DNA of 64,000 nt, taken from NCBI GenBank assembly GCA_036785375.1, contig JAWMAR010000001.1:18848001-18912000 (forward strand), given 5' to 3'. A program made the translations under genes and the position numbers. The stretch comes from Leucoraja ocellata (Eukaryota). Of the stretch, positions 24,925-38,816 are shown piece by piece (positions within the stretch are counted from its first letter, which is position 1; each line of letters begins with the position of its first letter). The notes under the pieces are model-generated. The model ran no database searches and was not told the origin of the DNA. It worked only from the letters and a program-made list of their open reading frames with translations.

Positions 24925-26530
24925 TTAATCCTCGTGGCTCTGAAGAGTGATGCAGAGAATTGAAGAATTGACAATGTTTATAAAGGGAGGAAGAAATAAT
25001 CGGAGCACTTAAGAGACTTTGTTGCCGAGCAAATTATTGAAATAAATATTCTGAGAGATACCATCATTCAAAAGGCACAAATTAATCAAGGATAGTGCAC
25101 TTAGACCTATTAAGAAAATCTTGTTTGACCAACTTGATTTGAGCTTTTCTTTTACAAAAAAGATAGGAAATAAATTATGGCACAACATGAATTAGAAAGG
25201 CTTTTGAAAGGTTTTATTTGGTAAACTGGTCAATGAAAACATATTAAATCCATGGGAGAGCAGCAAATTGGATCCAAAATTGGTCAATGTCATGAAGCAA
25301 TAAGTAATGGCTCACAGATGTTTTTGACGGGCTGTTTTCAGTGAGTTTCCACAGGGTTCAGAACTCAGTCCCTTGCTTTTCTGTAGTACGCATTCATGGT
25401 TTAGTGGCATGTAAGGACCATGATCAAGGAGTTTACAGATTAAATAAAAATTAGCCATATTGCTTACATTGTAGAGAATCTATTAAAGTGCAAGAAAACA
25501 GATGGTTTGATTACTTAGGCAGAAATGTGGCAAATAGAATTTAATCCAGAGGAGCACAAGGCTATGCTTTAAGGGATTTGCAATGAGCATGGAATTATAT
25601 ACAAAAAAAGGTGTGGACAATCTCAGGAAGCTCAAAGTGTGTCACTGCACATCCTTGAAAGTAGTAGAGCAGATCAATATAATGTGACTAAAATTAGACT
25701 TTCCTTTATTTGCCGATGTGTAAAGAGCAGGAGCAGAGAGGTTACATTTGAACTGCATGCAGTTTGAGTACTGCATAAGCCTTTGGTTATCACATTACAG
25801 GATAAATGTGATTGCACTGGACATGGTGCATAGAATGTTTAGCAGGATGTTTGTCATAGAGTCATACAGCACAGAAAATCTGTCCCAATTTGTCCATGAC
25901 AACCAAGATGCAAGCTAATCCCATTTTCCTGTGTTTTGCCTCTATCCCTCCAAACATTTCTTATCCATGTACCTGCACAAATATCTTTTAAATGTTGTTA
26001 AAGTGCCAGTCTCAACTACTTCCTCTGGTAGCTCGTAACATATACGTACCGCCCTCCGGGTGGAAAAAGTTACCCCTCAGGTTCCTATTAAATCTTTCCC
26101 ATCTCACATTAAATTTATGGCCTGCAGTTGACAGGACTGGAAATCTTTAACTATTATTAAAGATCGGATAAGTAGGGTTGTTTTCCTTGAAAGGTTAAGC
26201 TGAGGGAATACTTCTGAGATGAAGGACCCAGGTTGATTAAGTCGAAGAGACCTACTTCCATGAACAGAGGGATTTAAAGCCAGAGGACACAGATTGAAGG
26301 TATTTGTTGGATGGACGAGAGGGGAGATGATCTTTTGATCCAGTGAGTGGTGGGGTAAGAAGCTCACTACCAGAAAGTGTGAAAGAAATTCACTATTAGA
26401 ACCACAAAACCCTCATCACATTTTAAAAAAGTAAATGGAACTATATTAATGCTGTGACCTACTGCCCTATGTCAGAATGTGTTCTTTTTCAACAAACATG
26501 CACATGATGGACCCAACAACCTCTTTCTGA
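24925..26530 (+). mobile_element. Degraded CR1 LINE with a nested minus-strand CR1 3' end (25855-26125)
   Basis: Decayed RT motifs and a 3'-UTR. Confidence 0.65.
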
Positions 26531-26648
26531 GATAAATGTCTCTTTAAATATTCCCTCATCCACGTAAACTCCGAGTAGCTTTTCAACAAGTATCGTGTTG
26601 ACATTGAAAACAAAAGGGTAATGGGTCACCCAACTTCTTTCTTGCCAG

Positions 26649-27088
26649 GTAGACAACAGTGCTGGAGAAACTCAGCGGGTGCAGCAGCATCTATGGAGCG
26701 AAGAAAATAGGCAACGTTTCGGGCCGAAACCCTTATTCAGAACCCTTTTACATCTCCCCCGACCTCCCCCTCTCCGACACCGAACGGTCGGTCCTCAGCA
26801 GAGTGCTTACCTTTGTCCCCCTCCGTCCCCACCTCAATGAGTTCCGCGCTCACCACAACTTGGAGCTCTTCTAATTCGCCTCCGCCTCACAGCGTTCTTC
26901 CATGGGAATGAGTCCTCGCCCCCCCATTGCTGATCCCTTTTCCCATCTCCAACGAACCCCCTCCTCGTGGACTCCCCCCTCGTGGCCCTCCGGCTTTAGA
27001 ACTTTTTATCCAAAATTGCCATCGCGACATCAACCGCCTCAACTTCTCCACTCCCCTGTCTCACTCCAATCTCTCCCCCCCTGAATGT
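26649..27088. mobile_element. PLE insertion: inverted terminal repeat plus ORF N-terminal fragment
   Basis: PDLPLSDTERSVLSRVLTFVPLRPHLNEF and DINRLNFSTPLSHSNLSPPE; imperfect flanking direct repeat at 26631-26648 / 27098-27116. Confidence 0.8.
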
Positions 27089-27229
27089 ATTTTATCACAA
27101 CCTCCTTTCTTGGCAGAGCAGATCATTCCATCCCACTCGATTAACTTCAGAAATGTTTATTAACTCCACTAAATTAAACCAAAGTGGTGAATAAAAATTG
27201 GTATAAAGCAGAACAGATGATAACTTTAG

Positions 27230-27327
27230 GTACACAAAAAAGCTGGAGAAACTCAGCGGGTGCAGCAGCATCTATGGAGCGAAGGAAATAGGCAACGTTT
27301 CGGGCCGAAACCCTTCTTCAGACTGAT
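27230..27327 (-). mobile_element. Solo 98-bp PLE terminal-repeat insertion with an intact hammerhead core
   Basis: TSD gakgataactttag (27216-27229 / 27328-27341); core at 27294-27321. Confidence 0.85.
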
Positions 27328-29055
27328 GAGGATAACTTTAGCCTGGTTTGAATATTTTAATCGCACTGTTACCGGGACACCCAGTTACTAATAAAAATGC
27401 CAACTAAGAATACAGGATTTTCTTTCAATCTAAAAATATCATCCATTTTTACAAATCAGGACATCATGCAATAACAAATAAATTGGTTTCTATGCATATT
27501 TTTATGCACCATTGCTGTGGCAGAGCCACCAGCTAGTAACGCGTGGTCTTGAGTAGACATTGTCAGCACTGTCAGTAAGTGAGTCTTGGGAAAATCTGAC
27601 AGTTTTGGTTTTTGAGTTGCAATTACTATCTACCGGGAAGTGGTTGCACTAACATGTCGCAGCTGATATACAAAGCATCAGTTCCAAATTAGCTCATAGA
27701 ATCATCCATAAATACAACAATTGTAACCTTAATGAAATAATAACTAATTTAGAAAGCAATTGTTTCCTCCATGAAAGAACAATATTACTGAACTGTGCCG
27801 GCTAGTCAATGTCTGACAAGATGAAAGGGATGGTTACCCTTTTGGCTGTAGAGTGTTCATTTCAGTATTAAGAAGAAAGGGTCCCACTTCACATAGTGAC
27901 ATAATTTCCGCATATGTTGGTTTAGCTATTATGCTACCCCAGCACTTGCAATCACTTTGTATTTTTAAGCATTTGCTACTATTTTATATCTATGTTTTAA
28001 TTTGGATTCTGTTAAGGAATTCTGTTGGCAAACTAATCACATCTGCCTAATTTGTTCCAGTTTTACTAATCACTTTTCTAATGCTTTTAGTCATATTATT
28101 ATGTACTTGCTTGTCATACACTCTTCCCACTGAACATTATAGTTAAACAGAAAGCAGATGGTGATTCTTGGCTGCTTCATGTTCCTACACGTCCAGTGAG
28201 AAAATGAACGCTTGCGATAACCAAGGTGACCTCAATATCTGATCTTATTAACATCTTACTCTGCTCGTTTACCAAGACTCTGGGGATTAGATTACTCACT
28301 GGAATAAAGACAGTGAAGGAATAATTTGTATGAAGTTTTACAATGTTTATAAAAATAGGAGATACATTTTTTGGAGGCAGTGTGCTCACAAAATGACAAT
28401 TGGATCAACAGAAGCTGGGAAATACTTTCTTTAAACAATGTGTGCTAAATGCACAAAATTCAGAGCATTCCAACCCATGCATTGTTGCGTAAAGTCCAAT
28501 GTATATTGGCTTTAATGAGCACCTAAAGTGAGAAGCTTCTCCTTTCCCCCCCAAAGGTGGAATTTGTGACTGTTAGCCTTAGTAAATCATCTGAACTTTA
28601 AGCTTAAGGGTCAACCCATCTTTGCAAATCTGAGACATTTTATTTTGTCAGTGGGTCATAAGTAACAACAATGCATAGCACAAAACAGGTAACCTATGAA
28701 CTGTTAGCTACTCATTTCAAGCCAGACTGTCCTTCAACACCAATGGAAAGATATTGCACCTTACCTTATTTCTAACAACTGAATGAGAGTATATTTTGCA
28801 TTATTATTAACTGGGAAACAATATTTATTAACGGCCATGTTGTGATTTAATTGAAACCTATTGAATTTAATTGAAACCTTTAACACCAGGCATTCCCATG
28901 GTTACGGCTGGGAGTATAATAGATACAAGATGATCTTTAACCCGACTTCTCAGCATGAAAGATGAGAACCAGTCGAGAAACCAGCTATCCACTGGACCTC
29001 TATACTCCCCTATAAAGTCACATGTGCATCTCTAACATAAAAAACAATATTTTAC

Positions 29056-29121
29056 CTGAATCTCCGTGTTCGCATTTTGTTCCTTGGTCTGTATGTGCAG
29101 TTCCTCTGTCATCTTCTCCAT
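29056..29121 (-). CDS. TNRC6B: TNRC6B long-isoform first coding exon (exon 29056-29124), MEKMTEELHIQTKEQNANTEIQ
   Basis: Acceptor ttatgtttctag|, ATG in GAGATGG context, donor CAG|GTAAA at phase 0; IQTKE resembles the remembered human N-terminus MQTNE. Confidence 0.8.
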
Positions 29122-30406
29122 CTCCTAGAAACATAACAACATTAGATTGTAGACAATCTGTAAAATCACCAAGATCAAATTCTGTACGTAGGTTAGATCA
29201 GCACTAAGGTGGAAAATTCAAAAGACATGGCACAATAACTCAGGGAAGTCATCATAAAAGTGGGAGGTAAAGGAAAACAGAAAGGGATTGATTCGTCGAA
29301 GCAACTTAAACACACGTGAGAAAGTATACTGTAAGGAGGGGGAAAGGGATAATGCAAATGAGAGTTAGAGCAGGTGATAGAGGGGGGAAAAGTAATAACA
29401 AATACCTCACAAAAGTAGGTCACCATCCAATGCAAGAAAGCATTCTAAAAGATGGCAGAATTGCTATCCTACAGATCCAAGATGAACCATAATGTGATTT
29501 TGTTGTTTAATTCTAAGAACCTATATAATACACTAGAGAAAGGCAAATAAATGCGACAGTTTATAACTTTGGATAGCTCACCCATTCATAAGGAATATTG
29601 CTCAAAGCCCTTTCCACAACTTGAATTTATCACATACTACTCCAGTCCACCATTGTGTTAAATTGATATTGAGAACAGCCTACAGATGCGACTATAGAGG
29701 AGGCGTTAACTCTGGATTTAGGTTTAAAAGTCTCACAATGCAATTGCAAGAGAAGTACAAAATAATATGATTTGTAAACCATATTCTTGCCTCAACCAAC
29801 AGAAAAAGATTAATCGATTATGTAGCCCGATGCAGTTGACAAGAGCTTTCTATATGTAAAATAATTCCCATATTTACTCATGTCAAATGTGGAAGTCAGA
29901 TTCACACAAAGATAAATAACTGTCCAGCACATTTCCTGAATCTGAAATGCAGAAAATAATTTAAGTAGCAGCGGTAATCAGTTTTGAATAGTTCATGAAA
30001 GCAAAGCAAACAAGCCAGCCCTCCTCCTCAGTTTTGAACTGGGCATAAAGTGAAAATGTGCTATATAGACATAATGGTGATGAGTAAAGAGGCTTTAAAG
30101 TACATTTTGGTAATATTTTGTTCTCATTTCTTCCTTCTTTCCTTACACACAATTCTCCATCTCCTCAATCAGCAGTACATTTTCAAACATAGAGACCAGA
30201 TACTAATAGCTGTAAGAATACGCCCATAGATCCTAAAGTAAAGAGGAAACGCCAATGAGGTAGTCAAAAGGCTTATGGGATGTTTTCCTTTCTGGCCGAG
30301 TCACAGAATATCAGACTATGTTAGCACTGTGCAGAGAACTATGTAGCCCACAAGCTGAGTACTACATAGTTTTATTCATTTATTTTGCTGGCAATCAAGA
30401 TGTTTG

Positions 30407-30490
30407 TCAAGTCAAGTCAAGTCAAGTCAAGTCAAGTCAAGTTTATTTGTCACATACACATACGAGATGTGCAGTGAAATGAAAGTGGCA
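30407..30490 (-). repeat. (CAAGT)n microsatellite tail of a Rex/L2-type retroposon 3' end
   Basis: About 7 CAAGT units followed by ttatttgtcacatac. Confidence 0.75.
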
Positions 30491-32656
30491 AGTTGTACTC
30501 ATTTCCATGCAACTGTATTAATAACACACCTTGTAACTGAAAATAAATCTATAATATGTAATTATTCCATGAAGAATATAAATAATGGGTTAAAATTATG
30601 TCATTTCAGTTACCAATAAAAATGTAAACACTGAAAACGTGTCTGTGAGCGGATGGCGGGTCACATCTATCACGTGTACACATGGATCCCGCCCCGGTTG
30701 GCAGGCATCAAATCACGTGTTTACAAAAGGTAGACAAAAATGCTGGAGAAACTCAGCGGGTGAGGCAGCCTCATGCAATCCTTGCATGTCTCACCCGCTG
30801 AATTTCTCCACCCACAATTCAAAGGGCTTCATGTGACATCACTTTGTATATGAAACAATGAACCTTTTTTTCCCCCAAACAGTTTTTTTCTGCAATTATA
30901 TTTTTAAATTAATCTTTCTGTATGTTTTCCCTGTACTTCTCTCCATCTGTCGTGACTTGATCCGATTCCATGGACAACAGTGGTCTGGAGTTAAATCAGT
31001 TGGATAACGGTTCATCCCTATTAAAATTCAGCAATATTCAAGAAGGGTACAAAATCAGAATGGATAGCAGAAGTATCTGATTATGTCCCTACATAATGTT
31101 TATTCACATTCTCCTGGAATGTCAAAGGATAGTGGTCAATTCCAGGAAGATGACATTGTAATTTACTTCAAGTGTGAAACTTCATTCTGTTATCTTAAAA
31201 GCTCTATCAGTCGAGAAATGCAGTGCAGACTAGTGAAATTAGTGAAAATACACAAACCAGTGAATAATGTCAGATTAAAGTATCCAATACATTGTTATTT
31301 TCATTTCTGAAAAGAGAGCAAAGAGCAAAGCAACAGAGGAAGAAGCAACAGGGTTTTAAGTGTATTCAATTAACAGCAGAGTGCTATGAAAATCACCTAC
31401 ATGCCTGGACTAGAGAAGAAGTAAAATAGCAAGGATTCCACATTCTTGACACGTCAGAGATGCATAGCTGAAAGTGAACATTGAATCAAACTAGAATCCA
31501 GTTTGGCTTTAATTTCTTACATGGATGAAATGAAAAACAAAACTATTTCAACGGCGCCTTTCAAAATTTCAGGAATAATGCAGGTGATAGAAGCAGGTGA
31601 AAGTGGTCGCAGTTGAAATGAAGATAACCCAGCAGGAATACAATGAAAAAAGTGGCATGGTAATCAAAACACAAAAACTGCGGATACTCAACATTTGTGG
31701 AGAAAGAAACCTTTCAGGCATGTCAGATCTACAGCACAGATTTTTGGGAAATTAATAGGTATTCTATTTTAAGTATTTGAGTGTTAGCATTGTAATTCTT
31801 ATAGGCTTCTCAGAATAGCATCAAAGGATATTTTATATCCATCTGAGAGGGTAGACAAAATCAGAGTTTAATGTCCCTTTAAAAAGAGGGGGACCACCAC
31901 AGTACAGGATTCCCTCAGAAAATAACCAAACTGTCAGCCTTGATTATATGTTCTAATTTTTCCAATTAAACTTGATCAGACAACAGTGCTCTCAGTGAAC
32001 GAAGCCAGACACCCAGCAACAGTCACTGTCAAAGCTCACCCATAAACAAGGACCACTTAACGAAAATACAGGATGGCCACTGATTTTTGTAAAATACAGG
32101 ATAAATTTACTAACTCTTCACTTCTGTGTTTGTCTCTTCCAATTATTCACAGAAAAAAATCAGATGATACAGGAGCAAAGGAATTAGCAGAGGCAGCTAA
32201 AACGACAGGGTTGCCGAAGCATGCTTTACATCGATAATTCATTTCCACCGATATTAATTCAGCGTAGGCTCAATGACTTCTTTCAGCCAGCTGCCTCCAG
32301 TTCAGGTTATAAACACTGGTGTCACAGTCTCATATTTCCTTATACTTGCAGCAGGAAGCAAATAGAACTCCCCACAATGTATGCTAAGATTGTATATGTG
32401 TTTTATGATGTTTTTAATATGCAATGTATTTTTATGTAATATTGTCCATTGTCTGGACCTTCAGCCCAAAATAAATTAAAAAAAATTATATGTGATGCAA
32501 TGATTAATTCTAAACACATGCTCGAAGGTATTAAAAAAACAAGCCCATAGCATTAGCTTTGCGCATAGAAAACATACAAACATTCTAAAATAAATTTCTC
32601 CAATTTTGAAACAGTTATTCTTAAGTTTTCCCCATGGCCAGCATATAACTGAGTCA

Positions 32657-32857
32657 TGTGTAGGAAAGAACTGCAGATGCTGGTTTAAATCGAAGGTAGA
32701 CCTAAAATGCTGGAGTAACTCAGCGGGACAGGCAGCATCTCAGGAGAGAAGGAATGGGTGACGTTTTGGGTCGAGACCCTTCGAACGTCACCCATTCCTT
32801 CTCTCCAGAGATGCTGCCTGTCCCGCGGAGTTACTCCAGCATTTTGTGTCTACTTTG
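32657..32857. mobile_element. Fold-back PLE terminal-repeat element
   Basis: Inverted arms; 14-bp TSD atataacygagtca (32643-32656 / 32858-32871). Confidence 0.85.
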
Positions 32858-33024
32858 ATATAACCGAGTCAGCCAGCCAAGGACCATCCCAGAGCTAATT
32901 ATTGGGCTATGCTGTATCAGCTCATTATAATCAAAACTGTAGCTGGAATTATACCAACCTCTTGACTACAAAAAAATGGTATACAGTAATAATGATAATG
33001 ATATTTAAGAATAAGTAAGCAATA

Positions 33025-34175
33025 ATGATATTTAAGAATAAGGAGTAAGCCATTTAGTACGGAGATGAGGAAATACTTTTTCTCACAGAGAGTGGTGAGT
33101 CTGTGGAATTCTCTGCCTCAGAGGGCGGTGGAGGCCGGTTCTCTGGATGCTTTCAAGAGAGAGCTAGATAGGGCTCTTAAAAATAGCGGAGTCAGGGGAT
33201 ATGGGGAGAAGGCCGGAACGGGGTACTGATTGGGGTTGATCAGCCATGATCACATTAAATGGCTCGAAGGGCCGAATGGCCTACTCCTGCACCTATTGTC
33301 TATAATGATGATACTGCAATTGTCAGCAGGGGAACACTTTGGAAGCAGTGACCACAGCTCTATTCATTTTTAAATAGTTATATAAATAGGTAGGACTCAT
33401 CCACAATTTAAAGTCCTAAATTGGGCCAGGGCCAATTTTGAAGGAATTAGACAAGAGACTGGGAGATATAACTTACAAGTAAAGGGATGTCTGGCAAGTG
33501 GAAGGGTTTTAAAAGATGGGAGTGAGAGGGTTCAGACAGAATATTCACGTTTGAGTAAAGGTAAGGCTGGCAGATTCAGGGAATCCTGGTTGTTGAGAAA
33601 ATGAGGCTCTAGTCAGAATAAAGGAGACTTGTCAGGTACAGGCAGCTGAGATCAAACAATATCTGTGAATATAAGAAATGTTGGCGTACACAAGAGGAAA
33701 GTCGGGAGGACAAAAAGAGGACGAGCTAGCTCTGGTAGAAAAGATAAAAAGAAAATCCTAGGAGATTTTAAGAGTCAAGAATGTTTAATTGTTAAATTCA
33801 CCAGGACCGGAACAATGAATTTCTTACTTGCTGCCGTTTTGCAGACACAGTAAACACAGCAGGTATATTAAGAGGAAATGGGTAACAAGGCAGAGAATAG
33901 GCCTTCTTAAGGATTAACATGTCGGGCCATAGGAGATGAGCCAAGTCTTAAATGATTACAACTCACATGCACTTACTGAGATGGCCATGAAAGGATAGGA
34001 ATTTGCATGGTAGGCTATTCATGAGATCCCATTACATCATATGGGTTTTAGGGTGAATTAGCCAACTGTATTTCACATCGGCTTGATTGAACTATCAGGT
34101 GATGGTAGTGGCCTGTTGGTTTTCCTAATTGATGTGCCACAGATGGATCTGTGCTGGGTCCACTGTTGTTTGTCT
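33025..34175 (+). mobile_element. Young CR1 3' end (33025-33302) followed by an older CR1 ORF2 fragment
   Basis: FFSQRVVSLWNSLPQRAVEA...GYGEKAGTGY*; then GSSDHSSI. Confidence 0.8.
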
Positions 34176-34179
34176 TAGC

Positions 34180-35900
34180 AGCATGAAATATAGATCGAGT
34201 CAATGGTGAGATGGCAGACAAATCGATAGTATACGCACTATGATGGATTGTAGAAGTTGGTAAGAGGTGTTGAAGGCATTTTCGGACTCCTGAGGAAGTA
34301 GAGCTATAGGTTGCTTTTTTGGCCGTAGTTGGTTGATCCAGTATAAATTGTTAGTGGTATTTACGCCAAAGAACTTGAAATTCTCAACTATTTCCAATTA
34401 GATACCAGTGATGTTGATGGGGGCATGTACTCCACCTCGCTTCTTGAAGTCAATAACTTGCTCCTTTGCCTTTAGAAGCATTGAACATAGAAAATAGGTG
34501 CCCTTCGAGCCAGCACCGCCATTCAATTTGATCATGGCTGCTCATCCACAATCAGTACCCCGTTCCTGCCTTCTCCCCATATCCCTTGATTCCTCTAGCC
34601 CTAAGAGCTCTATCTAACTCTCTTTTGACCGCATCCAGTGAATTGGCCTCCACTGCCTTCTGAGGCAGAGACTTCCACAAATTCACAACTCTCTGGGTGA
34701 AAACGTTTTTACTCATCTCAGTTCTAAATGGCCTACCCATTATTCTTAAACTGTGGCCCCTGATTCCCCAATATCGGGAACATGTTTCCTGCATCTAACT
34801 TGTCCAATCCCACAAGAATTTTATATGTTTCTATAAGATTTCCTCTCATCCTTCTAAATTCCAGAAAATATAAGTCCAGTCGTTCCATTCTTTCATCATA
34901 TGACAGTCCCGTCATCCCTGGAACTGACCTCATGAACCTACCCTGCACTCCCTCAATAGCAGGAATGTCCTTCCTCAAATTACGAGACCAAAACTGCACA
35001 ATACTCCAGGTGTGGTCTCACCAGGGCCCTGTGCAACTGCAGGACCTCTTTGCTCCTATATTCAAATCCTCTTGTTATGAAGGCCAACATGCCATTAGCT
35101 TTCTTCACTGCCTGTTGTACTTGCATGCTTACTTTCAGTGACTGATGTGCAAGGACACCCAGGTCTCCCCTTTTCCTAATCTGACACTATTCAGATAATA
35201 ATCTGCCTTCTTAATCTTGCCACCAAAATGGATAACCTCACATTTATCGACATTATACTGCATCTGCCATGCATCTGCACACTCACCCAACCTATTCAAG
35301 TCACCTTGCATCCTCATAGCTTCCTCTTCACAATTCACACTGCCACCCAGCTTTGTGTCATCTGCAAATTTGCTAATGTTACTTTTAATTCCTTCATCTA
35401 AATCATTAATACATATTCTGACATTGAGGGAGAGGTTGTTGACTTGACATCATGTTACTAAACTCTCTATATCCTCCTGTATCCATCTCATCATAGTTTA
35501 AGGTCCGGATCACTACAAACCTGTAAATGGAGTTAGAGTAGAATTGGCCACACAGTCGTGAGTTTATAGGGAGGCGTTGAGAATGCATCCTTGTGGGTCA
35601 CAAATGATAAGTTATTGTGGGGGATTTAGTTTTACCTATCCTCACTGAATGTGGTCTGAATCAGAAAGTCAAGGATTCAGTACCAGAAGGTGGTGTTGAC
35701 TCCTAGGTCCAGGAGTTTGGAGATGAATTTGGTTGGGATTAAGGTATTGACCTAAGTTATCTAATTGTTTTATAGAGAAGTGTGATGCTGACATCTTGTA
35801 ACAGTAGGCAAAGTGTAGTGGATCAAAGCTGTCTGGGAGGCTGGAATTAATGTACACTATGACCAGCGTCTGAAAGCGCTTCATGATATAGATGATACAT
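34180..35900 (-). mobile_element. Rex-Babar fragment interrupted by CR1
   Basis: ENFKFFGVNTTNNLYW and LPDSFDPLHFAY; sequence is contiguous across the 34474-35417 insert. Confidence 0.75.
34474..35417 (-). mobile_element. CR1 LINE 3' portion (RT C-terminus)
   Basis: KFADDTKLGG, WQMQYNVDKCEVIHFG, LEFRRMRGNLIETYKIL, GYGEKAGTGY*. Confidence 0.92.
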
Positions 35901-37271
35901 GGTAGTCATTAAGGCATGCTACATGTTGTACTAATGTAGAACATCAAATATTCAGTAAATCAGATGAACCCCAACATGTACTATTATTTTTTGCAGATAT
36001 CAAAAACTAATCCATGATACCATTTTCACAGACACAACTGATCAAAGCAACTAGAATTGGAACACTCAATGTTTGATCAAATTTAAATGCCTTTCTTGGC
36101 TCCCGTTAGAAAACAAGCCCAGACATAATGTGCTGGCAAACTATTCTGTTGCATGCACATCACAACTTCTGCAAAAACAATCAGCAGTAATGACCACCAA
36201 GGACTTTGGATGATTTCTTCCTCTATAGTCCTTGTAGAGGTCGATTATAGAACTCTCTGTTCTGGACAAGATTAAAGCATCTAAATCAATCCAGACCATG
36301 AATTTCCCAGAAAATCCTTTAATATAAACGTCTAAACAATCACAAGCATAGACCTGAATAGAATCCAGAAAGTCTAAAACTGACATCTTTACCTTGAACG
36401 TCTTGGGATTTGTTTCCTGGTGCCTTGACCCGTCATTAACCTGCATGAGAAGGGTTTCTGTGCAAATATTCGCAAACACTTTTGTACAAACACTGAAAAG
36501 AAAAACATTTTAATGTTATAAAGTCAGAAGATATTATTACAAAGACAATGCAAATGAAAGATCTATTTCAACCAATGATATACCTACTCAAGCATTGTAA
36601 GCATTTATATTACATCTGAGACCTAACTACCCTATCCACTAATATAACTTTATCATTCTGCTATATCATAATTACTATTATCTGAAACTAGACTCCAAAG
36701 ATGGGGAATAGAATATTTTCCATTTCACCTGGACAGAGTTCACCGAAGTATGGAGAAATGCAGAATAGCTCATGATAATCTGCATTAATATTATACATTA
36801 GACTACTCCTTAGTAACAATATGTATAAGTCTCATATGTATGTCTCAACTACACTTTAGTGTGACATTGCTCCATTTCTAATACCAGTCATCCACATATC
36901 AAGCGCCAGATTTGAACGGGAAACAATAATCTGTTGACCATTCGGTTTAATCTGTAAACGAATAGATAACAGGTTAAAACTATAGCACTGTTGACCTTTT
37001 AAATTTTATAGGAAGGTGGAACCAAGTGTTAAAAGTAACCAACAAGAACAATTGCCAATGATCATACATTTCCTATTTACTAATACCTTAAATTCATTAA
37101 AATAAATATTTTCACAATTCCTACAAATCAAATTTCAAATCATTCTAGGCATCAATGTAGATAGCTTGCTGCTACTTTATGCAAAAGTACAAAATAGATT
37201 TTAATATTAATTTGGAGACAGGTTTACATTAAAAAAAAAGCTCAACAGCTTATTTCAAAAATACATATTAC

Positions 37272-37342
37272 CTGTAACAGTTTTTCAAGGGCGTCTAAAG
37301 CCCAACAGGTCTTCACTCCCAACTACATATGGTGCAAAGATC
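37272..37342 (-). other. TNRC6B: TNRC6B 5'-UTR exon (71 nt)
   Basis: Acceptor ttatttgtgttgcag| and donor CAG|GTAAT; stop codons in all three frames. Confidence 0.7.
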
Positions 37343-38816
37343 CTGCAACACAAATAATTACACATTTTATTACTTCACCAGCTTGTTATATAATTTCACA
37401 TAAACAGAAATAAGAAACTTTATGCACAAGCATTCTTATGAATTATTTAAAACAGATATATCTTTCAATTATACATGACAAGAAAATTGTATTTTCCAAT
37501 AGATTCTTTCCAAGTCTAAATTCTGAATTTAGTGTTCCAAAATATATGTTTGTTATATATTTTAACTAAGCTTTTCTGAAGCCATAGAACCAATCTACAA
37601 ACGGGTATTATGGGATGCGTACATTTCTGTGAGATGATACCAATTGCAGTACTTTTTTAATAAATTACAATAACTACAGATGCTGGGTGAAAAATAGTTA
37701 GTCCCACGAATGTGAATAGCGAGAAGAAACAGTGCAAAAACAAATATAATTTTAAATTGTCTTGGGTGTTACGCATGCCACTCTTAATTCCCCACTTTAA
37801 CTGCTTCCATAATTGACATAATTACTACATTCCTCAGTGGTTATACAAGGTTCAGTTTGTTCTTTTTGCATTTTGGGTGATGCAAAACAAAGTTATTCAC
37901 CATAGAAAGTTATTCATTATATTCACCCATATTCCAAGAATCAATGAAATAAACGTTGAATATAATTTAAATCAAATTTCATATAATGCAAGACAAAGGA
38001 TAAGTATCTTTTTAATTTAGCTGTAAATTATTTCACAAAAATAACTCCATAACTGAATTTCCATTTATATTTTTCATGTCTTTTTCCCCAATCACTCCAT
38101 CTGCTAATCTTCACCCCATCACCTCCGAGTACAAAGTTTGTATTTGTCAACAGAATTAAAAGAAAAATGAGGACCAAGACCCTCAGATTGATTTAGATGA
38201 TGACTACAGCCCAAAATCACATCTGACGAAAAGCCATCCATACTTGCTTCCTATTATAACTTCCAGCCCCTTCCGCATCCTGATTTTAGACACATTCATT
38301 GGCAACCTGCTCCAGCTGCTGATCACCTTCAAAATATAAAAAAGACCACCTTAACATCTGTTCTCAATTTTCCTTCACAACTCTTTTCCAGTTGTTCTAA
38401 CATATACAAATGCAAATACCTTAAGACTACTTCTTCTCCTGTTCATTGTCGGATATAACTTAGTTCTACAAGGACACCTCGGACGTGTCTCTGTGAACCT
38501 AAAGCCTCAGTTATCAAAACAGAAGTCACTGTTGCCGAGTATCAACACTAGCCTGTGTTCCACAGACTGTATTTTAATTTATCAAACCAATCCACTCAAC
38601 CACCTAAAGGAAACGATTAACCAAACTGAAAATTAGCAAGTTGTGAACTTCTCCTTAGTTCCTAAAATAAACTTATGCTCGTATAGAAAAAAAGATTCTA
38701 TTTTCTGGGTCTAATCTGGAAGCTTTAACGTAATGCATTCATCTATTTTATCACCAGTGTTGAATCTGGACTTCAATTTCTTTCAAGGTTTATTGAGCAA
38801 AGATATTATGCAGCTA

